From: an uncultured delta proteobacterium
Lineage (GTDB): Bacteria > Desulfobacterota > Binatia > Binatales > Binataceae
Length of the DNA: 64,000 bases
Assembly: GCA_963808235.1 (NCBI GenBank)
Contig: CAWEEQ010000004.1
Location: 3,680,001-3,744,000, forward strand
Direction: 5' to 3'
This document shows positions 1-8,698 of this stretch, piece after piece. The number at the start of each line of letters is the position of its first letter. Positions within the stretch are counted from its first letter, which is position 1. Position numbers and translations under genes: made by a program. The notes under the pieces were generated by a model. The model made no database searches. It was given only the letters and a program-made list of their open reading frames with translations, and was not told the DNA's origin.

Positions 1-720
1 ATCGCCGGCGCCGACCGCAACGATTCCACCGCGAGCCGCGAGCGCGTTCCCGACTACAGCGCGAGCCTCCAGTCCGACATCAAGGGCAAACGCGTCGGCA
101 TCATTCGCGAGCTGAACGACGGACTCAGCGACGAGGTCGCGAGCTCATTCAACGCCGCGCTCGATACTTTGAAATCGCTCGGCGCGATCATCGACCAAGT
201 TACGATTCCATCGCTTCCGCTCTCCGGCGCAATGAACGGGATCATCACCTGGGCCGAGGCGCTCGAGATCCACGAGGACTGGATGCGCACCCGGCCGCGC
301 GACTACGGCGATGACGTCCGGCGGCTGCTGGAAAATGGCATGATGACGCCGGCGACCAGCTACATCCGCGCGCAGCGGGCGCGCGCCCGCACCCTGGCGG
401 AGGCGAGCGCGGTGCTCAGCGACCATGACGTGCTGGTCGCTCCTGCAAGCGCGATCGTCGCCCCGAAGATCGGCAATACTCAGATGCTCGAAGCAGGTGA
501 AGACCGCGTTGACGTGGTAGCGGAGATCCTTCGTTTCACGCAGCCGTTCGATTCGACCGGGCAACCGGCGCTGGCTATTCCGACTGGACTCTCGCCGGCC
601 GGACTGCCCATTGCGATGCAGGTCATCGGGCGTCCATTCGGCGAAGTCGAAGTACTACAGGTCGCATCCGCCTACGAACGCGCCCGTGGTGAGATCAAGC
701 GTCCGCCGGAACTCGCATAA
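1..720 (+). CDS. Amidase signature family protein (GatA-like), 5'-partial
   Basis: Frame open from base 1 (IAGADRNDST...); C-terminal amidase motifs 'FTQPFDSTGQPALAIPTG...GLPIAMQVIGRPFGE'. Confidence 0.85.
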   Translation: MAGADRNDSTASRERVPDYSASLQSDIKGKRVGIIRELNDGLSDEVASSFNAALDTLKSLGAIIDQVTIPSLPLSGAMNGIITWAEALEIHEDWMRTRPRDYGDDVRRLLENGMMTPATSYIRAQRARARTLAEASAVLSDHDVLVAPASAIVAPKIGNTQMLEAGEDRVDVVAEILRFTQPFDSTGQPALAIPTGLSPAGLPIAMQVIGRPFGEVEVLQVASAYERARGEIKRPPELA

Positions 721-726
721 CAGCAC

Positions 727-764
727 TTACACGATCCGCAAATAGTCCGGTGACGGTAGCGGCG
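727..764 (-). repeat. Orphan duplicate of the 3' end of the GH172 gene (copy of 4354-4391); left boundary of inserted cassette
   Basis: Both copies encode PLPSPDYLRIV* on the minus strand; 32/38 nt identical, all 6 differences at third codon positions. Confidence 0.9.
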
Positions 765-832
765 TTTAGCCAGGCGGAGTCGCATCATGCAGGAGCCAAT
801 TCGCTGGGTCTTGAATAGCCTCCGTGCAGGGA

Positions 833-864
833 ATATTGCTAGTTACGCTTGTAACTAGTAATAT
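833..864. promoter_or_regulatory. Palindromic operator overlapping the start of the MerR-type regulator
   Basis: ATATTGCTAGTTAC-gctt-GTAACTAGTAATAT, 14-bp arms with 1 mismatch, AT-rich, ending on the ATG at 863. Confidence 0.65.
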
Positions 865-1339
865 GAAACGTGTCCTAAAAGAGAAATTTTCCGTAGGCGA
901 GGTGCACCAACTCACGGGTTTTAAACCGCGAATGCTCGACTACCTTTACCGGGCAGGCGTGTTGATCCCGACACTGGACCCGAGCCCTGGGAGAGGGAAG
1001 GATAGGTTCTATAGCTTTAACGACGTTGTTATCGGGAGGGCACTGAGCGATCTGCTCCGATGCGGAATTTCGGTCTCCAAGCTAAAAAAGGCGTTGGCGA
1101 AACTCCGGTCAAATCCCGCGATTGCACCCGACCATCTGCCCGGCAGATATCTTGTGACCGACGGAACCGAAGTTTTTTTCACAGATCGTAAGGATGTCTT
1201 TGTGAACCTCAATAAGGGCGGCCAGCTCGCCTTCGCCTTCGTTTTTCAGGCACGACGGCTCCGTGACGAAGTTCTGGAAAAGTGCGGCACGATGTCGGCG
1301 GCCGCTGCGGCACCTCGCCGCGCCGCTCAACCTAGGTGA
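863..1339 (+). CDS. MerR-family HTH transcriptional regulator
   Basis: 'FSVGEVHQLTGFKPRMLDYLYRAGVLIP...GRGKDRFYSFNDV...LLRCGISVSKLKKAL' MerR HTH pattern; C-terminal 'GQLAF' motif; ATG at 863 chosen over GTG 824. Confidence 0.8.
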   Translation: MKRVLKEKFSVGEVHQLTGFKPRMLDYLYRAGVLIPTLDPSPGRGKDRFYSFNDVVIGRALSDLLRCGISVSKLKKALAKLRSNPAIAPDHLPGRYLVTDGTEVFFTDRKDVFVNLNKGGQLAFAFVFQARRLRDEVLEKCGTMSAAAAAPRRAAQPR

Positions 1340-1407
1340 AGACTATGAGAATTCACGCTGGCGTTCTGTAGCCAGACCCTACGGATGGAGAATGATCGAC
1401 GGCGCTC

Positions 1408-2295
1408 GTGTTGAACCGGGACGAAATCAAAAGGCCGGGCATCATAGCTGAGAATGCTGCCAGTGAGGGCAACCAAAGCTGGCGCGCGGCCAGCTATGAC
1501 GTGCGCGTCGGAACAATTCTCGCGGTGGAATCGGACGGCCGGAGCCGTTTGAGCGAGGCAAACTTCTGCGTAGTTCCACCGCAGGGAATGGTTGAGGTCA
1601 TCTCGCTTGAGACCATCAAAGTGCCGGAGAATGTCGCCGGTTATGCCTCAGTATTGACGAGGCTATCGAGACGCGGCCTCTTGGCTCTAAATACCGGGAT
1701 AATCGACCCGAGCTACGAGGGGCCGGTTTCGGCAGTCATGGTGAACTTCGGGAAGACTGCGTTTAGCCTGAGCAGCGGCGACTCATTTTTGAGGCTTTCG
1801 TTTCATCAATGTACCGTTCCAGACAAGTTCGAGCCAATACGGCGCGTTGATCGAGAGGAATTCCTGCGCGAGCGAAAGAAGGAGGCTGGGGAGCGCTTTT
1901 CCGAATCTTTCCTCGACATCGCGGCGCATATCGATGAAATCGCCAAAGGCGCTTTCTGGCGGTATCTTGGCCGAGCGGCGGCGTTGGTAGCCCTTGTGGC
2001 GTTGATGGTAACCCTTGTCACGTGGGGAGTCACCCTTGGAGTTGCGCACTGGCAAGGGGGCTTTCTTTCCAAGGACCAAATCAGAGCGGCAGTGGATGAG
2101 TACTTCCAGAGCGACGATTTTAGGTCTCTCAAGTCAAACCTAGCAGAGATCAAAAGAGAAGATCTGCACGAGGAAGTGCGTTTGGCGGTGGAGCGGGCTT
2201 TGGCTAGTTCTCAGCCGAAGGCCGCAAACTCCGCCGAGCAAGGCGGTGCGGAAAACGCAAAGCGGCCAAGTCGGCAAGGAGCGGAGCACAAATGA
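1408..2295 (+). CDS. dCTP deaminase/dUTPase-fold protein with C-terminal transmembrane helix and helical tail
   Basis: 'AASYDVRVG', 'RRGLLALNTGIIDPSYEGPV..N.G' motifs; hydrophobic 'AAALVALVALMVTLVTWGVTLGVAHW' segment. Confidence 0.75.
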   Translation: MLNRDEIKRPGIIAENAASEGNQSWRAASYDVRVGTILAVESDGRSRLSEANFCVVPPQGMVEVISLETIKVPENVAGYASVLTRLSRRGLLALNTGIIDPSYEGPVSAVMVNFGKTAFSLSSGDSFLRLSFHQCTVPDKFEPIRRVDREEFLRERKKEAGERFSESFLDIAAHIDEIAKGAFWRYLGRAAALVALVALMVTLVTWGVTLGVAHWQGGFLSKDQIRAAVDEYFQSDDFRSLKSNLAEIKREDLHEEVRLAVERALASSQPKAANSAEQGGAENAKRPSRQGAEHK

Positions 2296-3311
2296 ACGGT
2301 TTTGACGGCCAAGCTCCAACCTTTGAATCGCTGGATGAGGTCCAAACGTGGGTGCTCTCCTCTCTGTTGGATCACGGGAGCCCGGTCACTTCCCGCGGGA
2401 TGCCGACTCTCGAACTCTTCCCGGTTTCATTCACCCTCGCGCATCCCCGGCGGCGCTGCATCACAAATCCGGAACGCCGCTGGAACCTCCCGCTTGCGAT
2501 TGGCGAATTTTGCTGGCACGCGACCGGATCGAACGACGTGCGCTTCATCGAGTATTACGCGCCTCGATGGAGGGAATTCACTGACGGGATTGCGATTCTC
2601 GGCAGTTGCTACGGACACCACATCTTTTCTCGGAAGGACGGGCAGCCCAGCCAATGGGAGCGCCTGATCGGTCTGTTGCGCGCGGAGCGCCATTCGCGGC
2701 GGGCCGTGCTCCAATTATTTGCGCCCGAACCAGGGCTCGACCCGGATACGAAGGATGCGCCTTGCACGTGCAGCGTTCAGTTCATGATTCGTGACAACCG
2801 GCTGCACGCGATTGTCTATATGCGGAGCAACGATTCGATCTGGGGCCTGCCGTACGATGTCTTTCTGTTCACCATGCTGCAGGAATTGCTCGCCGTCGAG
2901 TTTGGCGTCGAGTTGGGTTCGTATCACCATATCGTGGGTTCGCTGCACTTGTACCGGCGGCACTTCGAACTTGCCAAGCGGATCGTTTCATCCCGCGCCT
3001 CCTTCGCCTACGAAATGCCTCCGATCGAGGCGCACAGCGAGCTCCCATCGTTTTTGAAAATGGAAAGTTTGATCCGCACCAACGCTCCGGTGAGTGCAGA
3101 AATCGATGCGCTGCATCCCTACTGGAAGGATCTCCTTCATGTTCTGCGGTGGCATTCGCAACGGAAGCTGAACAATGGGCAGGAGGCAGACTTCCCCCAA
3201 GAATCCATATATGCGCCTTTACTGCTTGCGACGGCTCGGATCGCCACGAGCGCGGCGGAACACCAGCAGGCTGCCCCCACGCCATTGCGGCTTGGCCGTA
3301 GCGAGCACTAG
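2292..3311 (+). CDS. Thymidylate synthase-family enzyme, probable dCMP hydroxymethylase/methylase type
   Basis: 'SRRAV', catalytic 'DAPCT', 'MRSNDSIWGLPYD', 'GSLHLY'; ATGA overlap with upstream gene. Confidence 0.85.
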   Translation: MNGFDGQAPTFESLDEVQTWVLSSLLDHGSPVTSRGMPTLELFPVSFTLAHPRRRCITNPERRWNLPLAIGEFCWHATGSNDVRFIEYYAPRWREFTDGIAILGSCYGHHIFSRKDGQPSQWERLIGLLRAERHSRRAVLQLFAPEPGLDPDTKDAPCTCSVQFMIRDNRLHAIVYMRSNDSIWGLPYDVFLFTMLQELLAVEFGVELGSYHHIVGSLHLYRRHFELAKRIVSSRASFAYEMPPIEAHSELPSFLKMESLIRTNAPVSAEIDALHPYWKDLLHVLRWHSQRKLNNGQEADFPQESIYAPLLLATARIATSAAEHQQAAPTPLRLGRSEH

Positions 3312-3340
3312 CAAGACCGCGTGGAGCGCGAGAGATCGCC

Positions 3341-4318
3341 GTGGATCCCGATATCACGCCTCTTTTCGACACATACTGGCGATTTGCCGCTGAGCGCCAA
3401 GGGATCTTCTGCCGTCGGCTTACCGACCCGGCCGGTCCGTGGACGGACGATCCAATCCTGCGTTCCTATCGATTCACCAACGCATACCGAGCATCCGATC
3501 GGGTCAGCCAGTATCTCATCCGAGAAGTTCAGTATCGCGCCGACCGACCGCAAACTCCGCCCGAGTTATTCTTCCGGACGCTGCTGTTCAAGTTCTTCAA
3601 TCGCATCGGAACCTGGGAGGAAATCGAACGCGCGATCGGTCCGGTCGTTTGGGAGGGGTTCGACCTGACGGCGATCGCCCGTGTCTTTGAGACGATGATC
3701 GAGCGCGGGATGCCACTCTATTCCACCGCCTACATCATGCCGGCGCCGCGGCTGGGCTGCCGCCGGAAGTACGAAAACCATCTGGTTCTCTTGGCGCACA
3801 TGATAAGAGAACACCTGCCGGAGCGCATTGAACGTGCGCCGTCGCTTAAGTCAGTTTACGAAATGCTTCTCGCATTTCCAGGGATCGGCCGGTTCTTAGC
3901 CTTTCAGTACGCCGTCGACCTGAACTATTCGGCGATGCTCAACTTCGACGAGGCAGATTTTGTCGTGGCCGGACCGGGTGCGATCGATGGTATCGCCAAG
4001 TGTTTCGCAGACACCGCCGGCATGACTCCCGAGGATGTCATTCACTGGATGGTTGAGCGCCAGAAAGCCGAATTCGCGCGCCTTAGCTTACGGTTCCAAG
4101 ACCTGTTTGGTAGGCGGCTTCAGCCGGTCGATATCCAGAACATCTTCTGCGAGGTTTCGAAATATACTCGGGTGTCACACCCAGAGGTGGTTGGAGCTTC
4201 GGGGCGAACACGAATCAAGCAGACCTATCGCTCGAATTCGGCGCCATTGGCCGAGCCTATGTATCCGCCGAGATGGCGACTTCGTCTATCTCGACCGCTC
4301 ACTTATCTACACGCATAA
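3341..4318 (+). CDS. 5-hmdU DNA kinase helical domain / aGPT-Pplase1-like protein
   Basis: 'YWRFAAERQ.IF.RRL...PWTDDPIL..YRFTNAYRASDRVSQYLI', 'LLFKFFN', HhH-like 'FPGIGRFLAFQYAVDLNYS', 'GPGA.DG', 'DIQNIFCEVSKY'. Confidence 0.8.
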   Translation: MDPDITPLFDTYWRFAAERQGIFCRRLTDPAGPWTDDPILRSYRFTNAYRASDRVSQYLIREVQYRADRPQTPPELFFRTLLFKFFNRIGTWEEIERAIGPVVWEGFDLTAIARVFETMIERGMPLYSTAYIMPAPRLGCRRKYENHLVLLAHMIREHLPERIERAPSLKSVYEMLLAFPGIGRFLAFQYAVDLNYSAMLNFDEADFVVAGPGAIDGIAKCFADTAGMTPEDVIHWMVERQKAEFARLSLRFQDLFGRRLQPVDIQNIFCEVSKYTRVSHPEVVGASGRTRIKQTYRSNSAPLAEPMYPPRWRLRLSRPLTYLHA

Positions 4319-4353
4319 GCGGCTCTATGCCACCAGGAGCCGGTGGATAACGC

Positions 4354-5451
4354 CTACACGATCCGTAAGTAGTCCGGCGAGGGCAGCGGCGGGAACTTCG
4401 GCGCCGGCAGGGTCTGGTACCAAAACGCTACGGATGCGATATCGTCCTGGAGCGGGAGGAACTCCGCGCCGCGCCGCGGGTCGCCGGCCCATCCCAGCGC
4501 CTGGATCGTGACGCGCAGATCTTTCGCGAACCTTATCGGGTCCGCGATATGCCATCGGTACATTCCGAATCTCTGCTGCGACGCGTAAAGCCCGTCAGGC
4601 CGTATGACTTGCGCTAGTCCTGCATACGGCGTCGTGAACTCGCGGTACCCGCCATTTTCCTTGCCAACGTCGAAGTTATACGAGCCGCAAAAATAATCTT
4701 CGGTTCCGGTGCCGCAGATAGTCGGGAACTCGGCGTCGCCATCGATAAAAAACTTTATCTCGCCCTCGCCCCACCATCCGCTGTTGTGCACGCCCCACGC
4801 CATGTAGGTGCCGACGTAATGCCCGCGGCCGCTGATGCCGTCGAGAATCGTAAACACTTCCTTGTACGGAAGGGGATTCACGCGCCGGAACTGCGCATGG
4901 AAGTATGCGGCGTCATTAGGCACTTCGGTAAGTGAGTAATTGATTTGGTAGTATAGAATCATCGCCGTTTCGGCGGTGTTGGTCATCGTGATCCGGCATC
5001 GCTTGCGAAACGGCATCTCCCAATAGCAATTGAACGCGCTGCCCGGATTCACGCAGACCGCCAGCGACGAGACTTGCGCATAGCGGTTCCATCCGCATGC
5101 GAAAAAATCGCCGACCGGGCATTCCACCGACGGCGCCGCCGAGTCGTCCCAGTAAATCCGCATGATACTCGAGCGCCATGGCCCGGTCGGCGTCATCCAG
5201 ATTTGCGCGATCGCGCCCGCACCCGCGATATCGGCGATCACCTTCACTTCGCCCGGCTCGACTACGACGTACGGCGAGACTTTCCATCCGCGCCCGAGCC
5301 TGCGCGCCGGACTCTTTAACGGGTCGGGCGACGCCATCGCGCCCTTTCCTTTCTCGCCGGTCGGATTTTCGGGACTTATCGAGCGGCTTTCCGCCTTCGA
5401 CAGAAGCGAAAGATTGCCCATGTGCATGCCGAGCCCGTTGAACGATTCCAT
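4354..5451 (-). CDS. DUF2961 / glycoside hydrolase family 172 protein
   Basis: 'SRSISPENPTGEKGKG', 'WWGEGEIKFFIDGD.EFPTICGTGTEDYF', 'DDIASVAFWYQ'. Confidence 0.85.
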   Translation of the reverse strand: MESFNGLGMHMGNLSLLSKAESRSISPENPTGEKGKGAMASPDPLKSPARRLGRGWKVSPYVVVEPGEVKVIADIAGAGAIAQIWMTPTGPWRSSIMRIYWDDSAAPSVECPVGDFFACGWNRYAQVSSLAVCVNPGSAFNCYWEMPFRKRCRITMTNTAETAMILYYQINYSLTEVPNDAAYFHAQFRRVNPLPYKEVFTILDGISGRGHYVGTYMAWGVHNSGWWGEGEIKFFIDGDAEFPTICGTGTEDYFCGSYNFDVGKENGGYREFTTPYAGLAQVIRPDGLYASQQRFGMYRWHIADPIRFAKDLRVTIQALGWAGDPRRGAEFLPLQDDIASVAFWYQTLPAPKFPPLPSPDYLRIV

Positions 5452-5507
5452 CGCGAGCGAATTCCTCCCCGGACACTTTCAACTTTCAACGGGCATCTTT
5501 CAACGAG

Positions 5508-6470
5508 CTACATTTCGAACTCAACCGTCACAAAATCGTGGTCCGATGCGCGCCGCGACAATATCGACAGGCGCGGCGAGATCACAGCCGCGCTCCCCGC
5601 AACCGGACGCAGGCCGCGGAACGCGAGCCAGTCGAGTTTCGGCCTCATTAAGTGCGGGATAAATCCTGCGAAGGTAAAGGTCGCGCGATATTTTACGTTG
5701 GCGCCGTCGATCTCGAGTCCACGTTCCCTTATTCGCTCGAATAATGGCTCGTAGCGTTCGGGATCGCGGAACCGGCGCGGGCTTGCGATCATTTGCGCCG
5801 CCACCGTTGCCAGTCCGGATAGTCCCGGCAGCTCGGTAGTGGTCGTGTTCAGATCGCCTCCGAAAATCGCGCGCCCAATCTGCGGAAACTCGGCCATGTA
5901 CGCAGCCATCTGCCGTTCGCGCTTGGCCGGAGTGCATCGGCTATTCAGATGCGCCACGCCGAGCGTGATCGTTTCACCGCCGAATCGCGCCGACGCATAG
6001 AGTCCGGTCGGCGTGCCGACTCGCTTGAAGCGCGAGCTTAGCGAGGGGATCATCCGCGGGATGCGCGGACTCGGCATCGCGATCGCGACCACATCGTCGA
6101 GCGGCTGCCGGCATAAGATCGTATTGCCCCAATGCTCGATGATCTTGCCGTCGCCCTCCATGATTCCGAACTCCGGAATGTGGGCGTAACTCATGTCGAG
6201 CGACGCGGCGAGTTCCGACGCCACATCGTAGCTCTGCGATCGCCGCGTTCCCGTGTTGGCTTCACAGAGCAGGATCACATCCGCGTCGTGCAGTGGTGGA
6301 CGCTTCAGGCAAGCCTCGGCCGTGCTCAGGCGCCGGCCGCCGGCAATGTTCAGGAGCACGACCCGAATCCGCGAACGCGAAGGCCGCGCCGCACGGTTCA
6401 CGACGATTGGCGGGAAGTAGGGTGTCGGCTTTGCGACGGCCGTGCCGAGATCGCGCGCTTCGAGATTCAT
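5508..6470 (-). CDS. Endonuclease/exonuclease/phosphatase family protein
   Basis: 'ADVILLCE', 'GN.IL', 'AHL', 'GGDLNT', 'KLDW', 'ASDH' EEP motifs. Confidence 0.8.
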   Translation of the reverse strand: MNLEARDLGTAVAKPTPYFPPIVVNRAARPSRSRIRVVLLNIAGGRRLSTAEACLKRPPLHDADVILLCEANTGTRRSQSYDVASELAASLDMSYAHIPEFGIMEGDGKIIEHWGNTILCRQPLDDVVAIAMPSPRIPRMIPSLSSRFKRVGTPTGLYASARFGGETITLGVAHLNSRCTPAKRERQMAAYMAEFPQIGRAIFGGDLNTTTTELPGLSGLATVAAQMIASPRRFRDPERYEPLFERIRERGLEIDGANVKYRATFTFAGFIPHLMRPKLDWLAFRGLRPVAGSAAVISPRLSILSRRASDHDFVTVEFEM

Positions 6471-6479
6471 CGCAACGAG

Positions 6480-8576
6480 CTATTCGACCAGCTCTTTCTG
6501 AAGTTCCTTGAACGACGTGATCGGCGCCGTGCAGGTGTGCTCGCGGCACACGTAAGCCGTCACACGTCCGTCGATTTGCCGCTTGTCCCGCACCTGCTCC
6601 GGAATGAAACCGGTTTGCGCACTCGCGGGATCGGCGACGTAAAGGGCGCGGTTGGGCACATAGATGAGGCCGAGGCGCTCGATCCATTCGAGCAAGTCCA
6701 CAGAGTGCGCGCCGCCCACCAGCACCACCTCGGTCGGCCCGCGTTGATAAAGATCGACCGCTTCGAGCATGTGCGAAAATCCGAACGGCTGTTTTTCTAT
6801 GAACTCGCGAAACAATTTCAGCGTCCGCTCCGCCTCGACGCGGTACCGCTCTTCGCCGGTGTAATCGTGCAGCCTGAGCAGCGCCATGGCGGCGGCGCTG
6901 TTGCCCGACGGCGTCGATCCGTCGAAGGCAGCCTTCGAGCGCGTGATCAACGCCTCGTGATCGTCCGAGGTGAAAAAGAATCCGCCCTTTTCCTTGTCGA
7001 TGAAGCGCTCGAGAATCACGCCGGCAAGCGTGCGCGCGTGCGCGAGGTACTTCGAATCGAGCGACGCCTCATATAGATCGAGCATCGCGCTTGCGAGCTG
7101 CGCATAGTCTTCGAGGTAAGCGTTGTGCCGCGCGACGCCGTCCTTGAACGATCGCTTGAGCGCGCACCCGTCCCACATCGCCGACATGATAAACCCGGCT
7201 GCGCGCTCGGCAGCCGCGAGATAGCGCGACTCATGCAGCGCGCGATATCCCTCCGCGAATGCGCCGATCATCATCGCATTCCACGCGACCAGAATCTTTT
7301 CGTCGCGCCCCGGTTTCACTCTTTGTTCGCGCGCCGCGAAGAGCTTCTGCCGAATCTCCCGAATCCTCGACCTGAGCTCATCTTCCGAGAGCTTGAACAT
7401 CCGCGCCGCGTCGGCAACTTCGACCGTTCGATGTGCAATGTTTGCGCCTTCGAAATTTCCCTCGATCGTGATGTCGTAATAGCGCTCCGCAACGTCGCTA
7501 AGCTCCGGACCAACCACCCGCTCGACTTCCTCCGGCGTCCAGACGAAGAACTTTCCTTCCTCGCCCTCGCTGTCGGCGTCCTGCGAGGCGTAGAAGCCGC
7601 CTTCAGGACTGGTCATCTCGCGGATCCCGTATTCGAAGATCTCGCGCGCGACGCTCAGGAACTCGGGCTCGTTCAGCGCACGGCCCGCATCCAGGTAGAG
7701 CCGCGCCAGGAGCGCGTTGTCGTAAAGCATCTTTTCGAAATGCGGCACCAGCCATCGATCGTCGACGCTGTAGCGATGGAACCCGCCGCCGATCTGATCG
7801 TAGATTCCGCCGCGCGCCATCTTCTGGAGTGTGTGCCGCACCATCTCGGCCATCGCCTCGTCGCCATCGGCGGCATGCACGCGAAGAAAAAGCGAGAACA
7901 CGAACGTGTTGGGAAATTTCGGCGCCTGCCCGAGCCCACCGTTGATACTGTCATAATGCGCGGCCAGCGCACGCGCCGAATCGGCCGCGAGATTCGCCCT
8001 CAAGTCATCGCCAGTCGGAGTGTAATTGGTGAGCGCGCCGAGCGCCTCAGTCAGCTTCTCGACGTTGCTGATGACTTCCTTCGCGCCGTCACTATAAGCG
8101 CGCGCGACCGCGGCCAGGATTCGCGGGAATCCGGGCATCCCGCCGCGATCCTCAGGAGGATAGTAAGTGCCTCCGAAAAACGGCCGCCCGTCCGGCGCAA
8201 GGAACATCGTGAGCGGCCATCCGCCGCGCCCGGTGATCATCTGCACCGCATCCATATAGATCTGGTCGAGATCCGGCCGCTCTTCGCGATCGACCTTTAT
8301 CGCGACGAAGTTTTCATTAATCAGCTTCGCGATCTGTTCGTTCTCGAACGACTCGCGCTCCATCACATGACACCAATGACACGCCGAGTATCCGATCGAG
8401 AGCATGATCGGCTTGTTCTCTGACTGCGCGCGCGCAAGCGCGTCAGGCCCCCACGCATACCAATCGACCGGATTGTACGCGTGCTGACGCAGGTACGGAC
8501 TCTGCTCATTGATTAGTCGATTCGGCTTCGCGCCGGCGCGACTATGATCGCTATCTGGATTGTTGCCCTGACTCAT
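6480..8576 (-). CDS. YyaL/SSP411 thioredoxin-domain protein (DUF255 + alpha/alpha barrel)
   Basis: '[21 protein letters not shown]', '[13 protein letters not shown]', '[12 protein letters not shown]'. Confidence 0.92.
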   Translation of the reverse strand: MSQGNNPDSDHSRAGAKPNRLINEQSPYLRQHAYNPVDWYAWGPDALARAQSENKPIMLSIGYSACHWCHVMERESFENEQIAKLINENFVAIKVDREERPDLDQIYMDAVQMITGRGGWPLTMFLAPDGRPFFGGTYYPPEDRGGMPGFPRILAAVARAYSDGAKEVISNVEKLTEALGALTNYTPTGDDLRANLAADSARALAAHYDSINGGLGQAPKFPNTFVFSLFLRVHAADGDEAMAEMVRHTLQKMARGGIYDQIGGGFHRYSVDDRWLVPHFEKMLYDNALLARLYLDAGRALNEPEFLSVAREIFEYGIREMTSPEGGFYASQDADSEGEEGKFFVWTPEEVERVVGPELSDVAERYYDITIEGNFEGANIAHRTVEVADAARMFKLSEDELRSRIREIRQKLFAAREQRVKPGRDEKILVAWNAMMIGAFAEGYRALHESRYLAAAERAAGFIMSAMWDGCALKRSFKDGVARHNAYLEDYAQLASAMLDLYEASLDSKYLAHARTLAGVILERFIDKEKGGFFFTSDDHEALITRSKAAFDGSTPSGNSAAAMALLRLHDYTGEERYRVEAERTLKLFREFIEKQPFGFSHMLEAVDLYQRGPTEVVLVGGAHSVDLLEWIERLGLIYVPNRALYVADPASAQTGFIPEQVRDKRQIDGRVTAYVCREHTCTAPITSFKELQKELVE

Positions 8577-8698
8577 CTTCTTTCTTCGAAAATATCATGC
8601 ACGCGAATTCGCTGCGAACAGCCTCCCGCGCGGTATGTAGCAGAGCGGCGCGCCTGACGGTTACAATTCATCGCGATGCCTTCCCGCAGGGAAATACG

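Noticed and set aside
2292-3311. Calling the TS-family gene thyA
   Set aside because: Lacks ThyA PCH and PFN signatures (has PCT, PYD) and lies in an accessory cassette
765-4353. Prophage or transposon origin of the cassette
   Set aside because: No integrase, transposase, structural or replication genes within the repeat-defined boundaries
7125-8423. Long antisense ORFs (also 19501-20802, 29453-30919, 32276-33601, 60101-61675)
   Set aside because: Shadow frames of well-supported genes in high-GC DNA; no recognisable motifs
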